Source: Candidatus Latescibacterota bacterium (GTDB lineage Bacteria; Latescibacterota; UBA2968). Taken from it: a stretch of 64,000 bases of DNA. The DNA lies in assembly GCA_965204745.1 (NCBI GenBank), contig OZ242010.1, forward strand, positions 5,418,116 through 5,482,115, in the 5' to 3' direction. The notes below the pieces were generated by a model that worked only from the letters and a program-made list of their open reading frames with translations, made no database searches and was not told the origin of the DNA. A program made the position numbers and the translations under genes. Positions 60,578-64,000 of the stretch are shown piece by piece (within the stretch, counting starts at the first letter, position 1; each line of letters begins with the position of its first letter).

Positions 60578-61513
60578 ATGCGCGTGGTATTTATGGGCAC
60601 GCCCGATTTTGCCGTGCCGTCGCTGGCGGGTGTGGCTCAAAGCGGACACGACCTAGTAGGCGTGGTGACGCGGGCAGACCGGCCTCGCGGCCGGGGGCAA
60701 AAGATGCAGGCGACTGACGTAAAAGCCGCGGTTGCGTCGCTGGGTCTCGACGTGCCGGTTTTGCAACCCGAGTCCCTGAAAGACGCGCAGTTTCACGCGC
60801 AGTTGCAGGCTCTAAAACCGGACTTGTTCGCGGTGGTGGCCTTTTCGATTTTGCCGCGGCCCGTGCTGGCGATTCCCAACTGGGGGTCTGTGAATGTGCA
60901 TCCCTCACTGTTGCCCAAGTACCGGGGCGCAGCGCCGATTCAATGGGCCATCATCCATGGCGAGACCGAGACGGGCGTGACCGTTTTTCAACTGTTGCCC
61001 CGCGTGGATGCCGGCGATATTTTAATGCAAAAAAAGGTGGCGATAGGACGCGATGAGACCGCGGGCGAACTCTATGCACGCTTAAAAGCAAAGGGCGCAA
61101 CATTGCTCGTTCAGGCCATAGATGGCATTGCCGATGGCTCTGTCACCCCAAGGCCGCAAACCGATGAAGGCGTGACCCACGCGCCCAAGTTGCAAAAAGC
61201 GGACGGCGGGATCGACTGGTCGAAAAGCGCGTGCGAGATTCGCAATCTCATTCGGGGGACCAACCCCTTTCCCGGCGCGTTCACGCTCTGGCGAGACGCG
61301 GTGCTCAAAATTCACAGGGCAACGCTCAACGCAGGGCGAGGCGAGGCGGGCGTGGTGATCCGCGCAGATGGCAAACGCGGCCTCATCGTGGGAACGGGAG
61401 AGGGTTGTCTCGCGTTGAATGAAGTGCAAGCCGCGGGCAAAAAGCGCGTGTCTGGCCCTGAATTTGTGCGGGGATACCGCATTGAGATCGGCGAGAAATT
61501 GGGCAACGACTAA
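60578..61513 (+). CDS. fmt: Methionyl-tRNA formyltransferase
   Basis: MRVVFMGTPDFA, NVHPSLLPKYRGAAPI, DAGDI. Confidence 0.96.
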   Translation: MRVVFMGTPDFAVPSLAGVAQSGHDLVGVVTRADRPRGRGQKMQATDVKAAVASLGLDVPVLQPESLKDAQFHAQLQALKPDLFAVVAFSILPRPVLAIPNWGSVNVHPSLLPKYRGAAPIQWAIIHGETETGVTVFQLLPRVDAGDILMQKKVAIGRDETAGELYARLKAKGATLLVQAIDGIADGSVTPRPQTDEGVTHAPKLQKADGGIDWSKSACEIRNLIRGTNPFPGAFTLWRDAVLKIHRATLNAGRGEAGVVIRADGKRGLIVGTGEGCLALNEVQAAGKKRVSGPEFVRGYRIEIGEKLGND

Positions 61514-61535
61514 CCAAAAGAAATGCACGGGATCG

Positions 61536-61944
61536 ATGAACTCAATATTCGACTTTGCACAGCGCACCTACGAGATGGAGATCGAGCGCAAGGATAGAAT
61601 CAATGCAAGCCTATCGTTTCCCGCTGGCGTAGTCGCTCGCCTATCTCAACAAGGCAAAGAGGTCTATAACATTTGGATTGATAGCACTTTTGGTTTCGGT
61701 AGTACCTTATTATGTTTTGACTCGTAATGAGAAAATCCATCGTGTTCACGTAACAAATCTCAAGGAGATCAACACCATGACAAAGCAACGAGACAATACT
61801 CAGCAGTCCTCTCAGCGCAGTATGCCCGAGACGCAAGCCGGTGGTGAGACAAGCCGCGAAAAGCCCGCTGATCTCGAACCTCGTGTCCTCAAAGAAAGCG
61901 ACACATCCAAGTTCAGCATCATACACGACAAAAAGCGCGAATAA
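61536..61944 (+). pseudogene. Internally deleted/frameshifted membrane protein remnant
   Basis: MNSIFDFAQRTYEMEIERKDRINASLSFPAGVV joins out of frame to LAYLNKAKRSITFGLIALLVSVVPYY...; AT-richer than its flanks. Confidence 0.5.
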
Positions 61945-62041
61945 ACAAAAAATCAGTGCCGGCGATCAGAAGATTGGGGCCCTACCACCCATCTTAAGAA
62001 GATGAACTCATCAGCCCGAAGTAAACCAACTTCACAAGGAG

Positions 62042-62725
62042 ATGACGATGGAAGGTTTGTTCGTGATGTTTATTGGAATTGGCATTTCGCTGTGGGCGCA
62101 ATTCAAGGTGAAGCGCACCTTTCGCAAATACGATGGCTTTGTCGCGCGAAGCGGCGCCACCGCGGATCAAGTTGCGCGAGATATTTTGCGCCGAGGCGGT
62201 TTGGATGTGGGCGTGGAACCCGTTCGGGGTCATTTGACGGATCACTACGATCCCCAAGATCGCATGTTGCGCTTGTCTGAAAGTGTGTATGGCAATCGCT
62301 CATTGGCTGCAATTGGCGTGGCCGCACACGAAGCCGGGCATGCGTTTCAACACGCGCAAGGCTATGTTCCCCTGTCCCTTCGCTCCAGTTTGGTTCCCGT
62401 GGCAAATTTGGGGTCGAAGTTGTCGTGGGTTTTCATCATCGCCGGGTTTCTGTTCAGCATCTTTGAATTGCTCTTTCTCGGCATCGCGTTCTTTTCTGCG
62501 GCCGTCATCTTCAGCATCGTCACCCTGCCCGTTGAATTTAACGCGAGCAATCGCGCCATTCATATCCTGGCGGCTGGCGGATATTTGACCGATGAGGAAA
62601 TCCCCGCGTCGCGCACGGTCTTAAATGCCGCCGCGCTGACCTACCTCGCGTCGGCACTGGTGGCGATTTTGGAACTGGCGCGCCTGCTGTGGATGGCGGG
62701 TTTTCTCGGTGGCTCGGATGAGTAA
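62042..62725 (+). CDS. Neutral zinc metallopeptidase (YugP-like membrane protease)
   Basis: LTDHYDP, VAAHEAGHA, TLPVEFNAS.RA, LNAAALTY. Confidence 0.93.
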   Translation: MTMEGLFVMFIGIGISLWAQFKVKRTFRKYDGFVARSGATADQVARDILRRGGLDVGVEPVRGHLTDHYDPQDRMLRLSESVYGNRSLAAIGVAAHEAGHAFQHAQGYVPLSLRSSLVPVANLGSKLSWVFIIAGFLFSIFELLFLGIAFFSAAVIFSIVTLPVEFNASNRAIHILAAGGYLTDEEIPASRTVLNAAALTYLASALVAILELARLLWMAGFLGGSDE

Positions 62726-62726
62726 A

Positions 62727-63190
62727 TCGCGGATATCCCCCACCCTTTCGCCCTGCCGCCCGTGCGTGCCCATCCGCTCCCTCCAACCACCCGTGCATGC
62801 CCATCCTCTCCACCCATCCGTGTCTGAATCGCGGATTAAACGGATTAGGGGATTGCGCGGATTACCCCCCACATCCCTACCGCCATAGACCTATCCCCCC
62901 GGCCCCCTTTCCTACGAGGAAAGGGGGAGCGCATGGCTTTTTGACGGTTTGTATCCATGGCTGTTTTGATGGCTTTGAGCGAACTCGCGCAATCCCTCGG
63001 AAAACCACTCACAGTTCCCCCTTCCTCGCAGGCACAGGCGTAGCCTATAACGAAGCGTAGCGAGTAACGGGGTTAGGGGGTAGGTCCCCCTCGCAAAACC
63101 TCTCGCCTTTGGGCGGCTGGGCGGCCTTCTTCCCTCTCGCGTCTCACCTCTTACCGCTTTGGGCGGCTGGGCGGGGACTGACCACTGGTT
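62727..63190. repeat. Mosaic of families C, D and E
   Basis: Same block order as 49840-50236. Confidence 0.8.
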
Positions 63191-63194
63191 TTTG

Positions 63195-64000
63195 CTATTC
63201 GTCCATTCGCATTTTTTGCTCGAATTTCTCAACTGTCGTCAAACGCTTGCGCCGGTGCAATTCAACGTGTTCGGGCCAAACGCCCGTATCTCGATCAGAA
63301 CCGGTTTCGCGGTCTAAAAAAAGTGGAAATTCACTGGACGCGGGCTTGGTGCGCGCATAGCCGCTGTTGTAACTCCGCATCAAGATGCGCTGTTCGCGGT
63401 TGAGCGTGGCGAGCCAATCGGGCGAACATCGGTGTCGGTCGGCTTCGCAAACCCACGACGGACAATAGGCCAAAAAGATGTTCTTCCGCACAGCGTCCGT
63501 ATTGTTGGGCGCGACGCGATGCCACGTATTGCAGTGCATAAACGTCATGGTGCCGCGCTTCGGACACAGGATTTTTTCTCCGGGCACGCTGTCGTGCGTG
63601 TCGTAAAAATCAAAGTACTGCCCCTTGTGACTGCCGGGCATATAGACGAAATTGCCCATGTCCGGTTCGGGCAGGTCCGTCAGCCAATACGCGACTTTGA
63701 TTTGAATGGGCAAAAAGGGCGAGAAAACCCCATAAGGCACGGCGCGAGCGCCATCGGGATGCCACTTGTTGCGGCTCGTATCCCGAGGGCGCAGAAAAAA
63801 TTGCGAGATGTGGAGCTTGAGCAACTCGCCGTACACGTCGTACATAAAGCCGATGTGCCGCGGGTGATCGATCAACTCGGCAAATTCCGGATACCGCTCC
63901 ACGATGTTGTTCGGCCCAAAGAAGTTGGCGGGATCGTATTTTTCACTGCGAGCCGCAACCGCGTCGATCATCTCGATGTAGCGGTCGCATTCCGCGTCGG
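63195..64000 (-). CDS. PhyH family dioxygenase (5'-partial)
   Basis: WHPD, YWLTD, GNFVYMPGSH, H...WH...N...R. Confidence 0.88.
   Translation of the reverse strand, partial: DAECDRYIEMIDAVAARSEKYDPANFFGPNNIVERYPEFAELIDHPRHIGFMYDVYGELLKLHISQFFLRPRDTSRNKWHPDGARAVPYGVFSPFLPIQIKVAYWLTDLPEPDMGNFVYMPGSHKGQYFDFYDTHDSVPGEKILCPKRGTMTFMHCNTWHRVAPNNTDAVRKNIFLAYCPSWVCEADRHRCSPDWLATLNREQRILMRSYNSGYARTKPASSEFPLFLDRETGSDRDTGVWPEHVELHRRKRLTTVEKFEQKMRMDE

Noticed and set aside
61945-61985. A third gene-end duplication (fmt 3' end)
   Set aside because: Only weak, gapped similarity to 61485-61505; not distinguishable from chance.

Overview
A GC-rich bacterial chromosomal segment. The many sulfatases, PhyH-type dioxygenases, Gfo/Idh/MocA and GH32 genes suggest a heterotroph such as a sponge-associated Latescibacterota/Gemmatimonadota-type lineage (inference only). 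Core genes include a LysM amidase, M29 aminopeptidase, RNase II-like nuclease, a 2-oxoacid/acetoin dehydrogenase E2-E1a-E1b set, GGT, Mrp, an RND/TolC pump, hflX, ispH, tgt-yajC-fmt and tRNA-Val(GAC). Many gene junctions carry mosaics of at least six short repeat families, together with intact or decayed toxin-antitoxin and restriction modules. Main observations: (1) an AT-richer three-gene island encoding a HerA ATPase, a NurA nuclease and an SPPY DNA methyltransferase, a candidate uncharacterised RM-like defence system; (2) two integrase-free accessory inserts, each bracketed by a duplicated 3' end of the upstream host gene; (3) a 342-bp strongly base-paired non-coding insert that splits hicA; (4) a BCP/PrxQ peroxiredoxin with UGA at the catalytic Cys and a SECIS-like hairpin, missed by the ORF track; (5) heptamer-tract elements that start at, and often supply, stop codons; (6) a type IIG RM gene fused to an antitoxin-like tail and flanked by a TIR-bounded repeat family. 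I found no CRISPR-cas, integrase, transposase or reverse transcriptase gene in the window.
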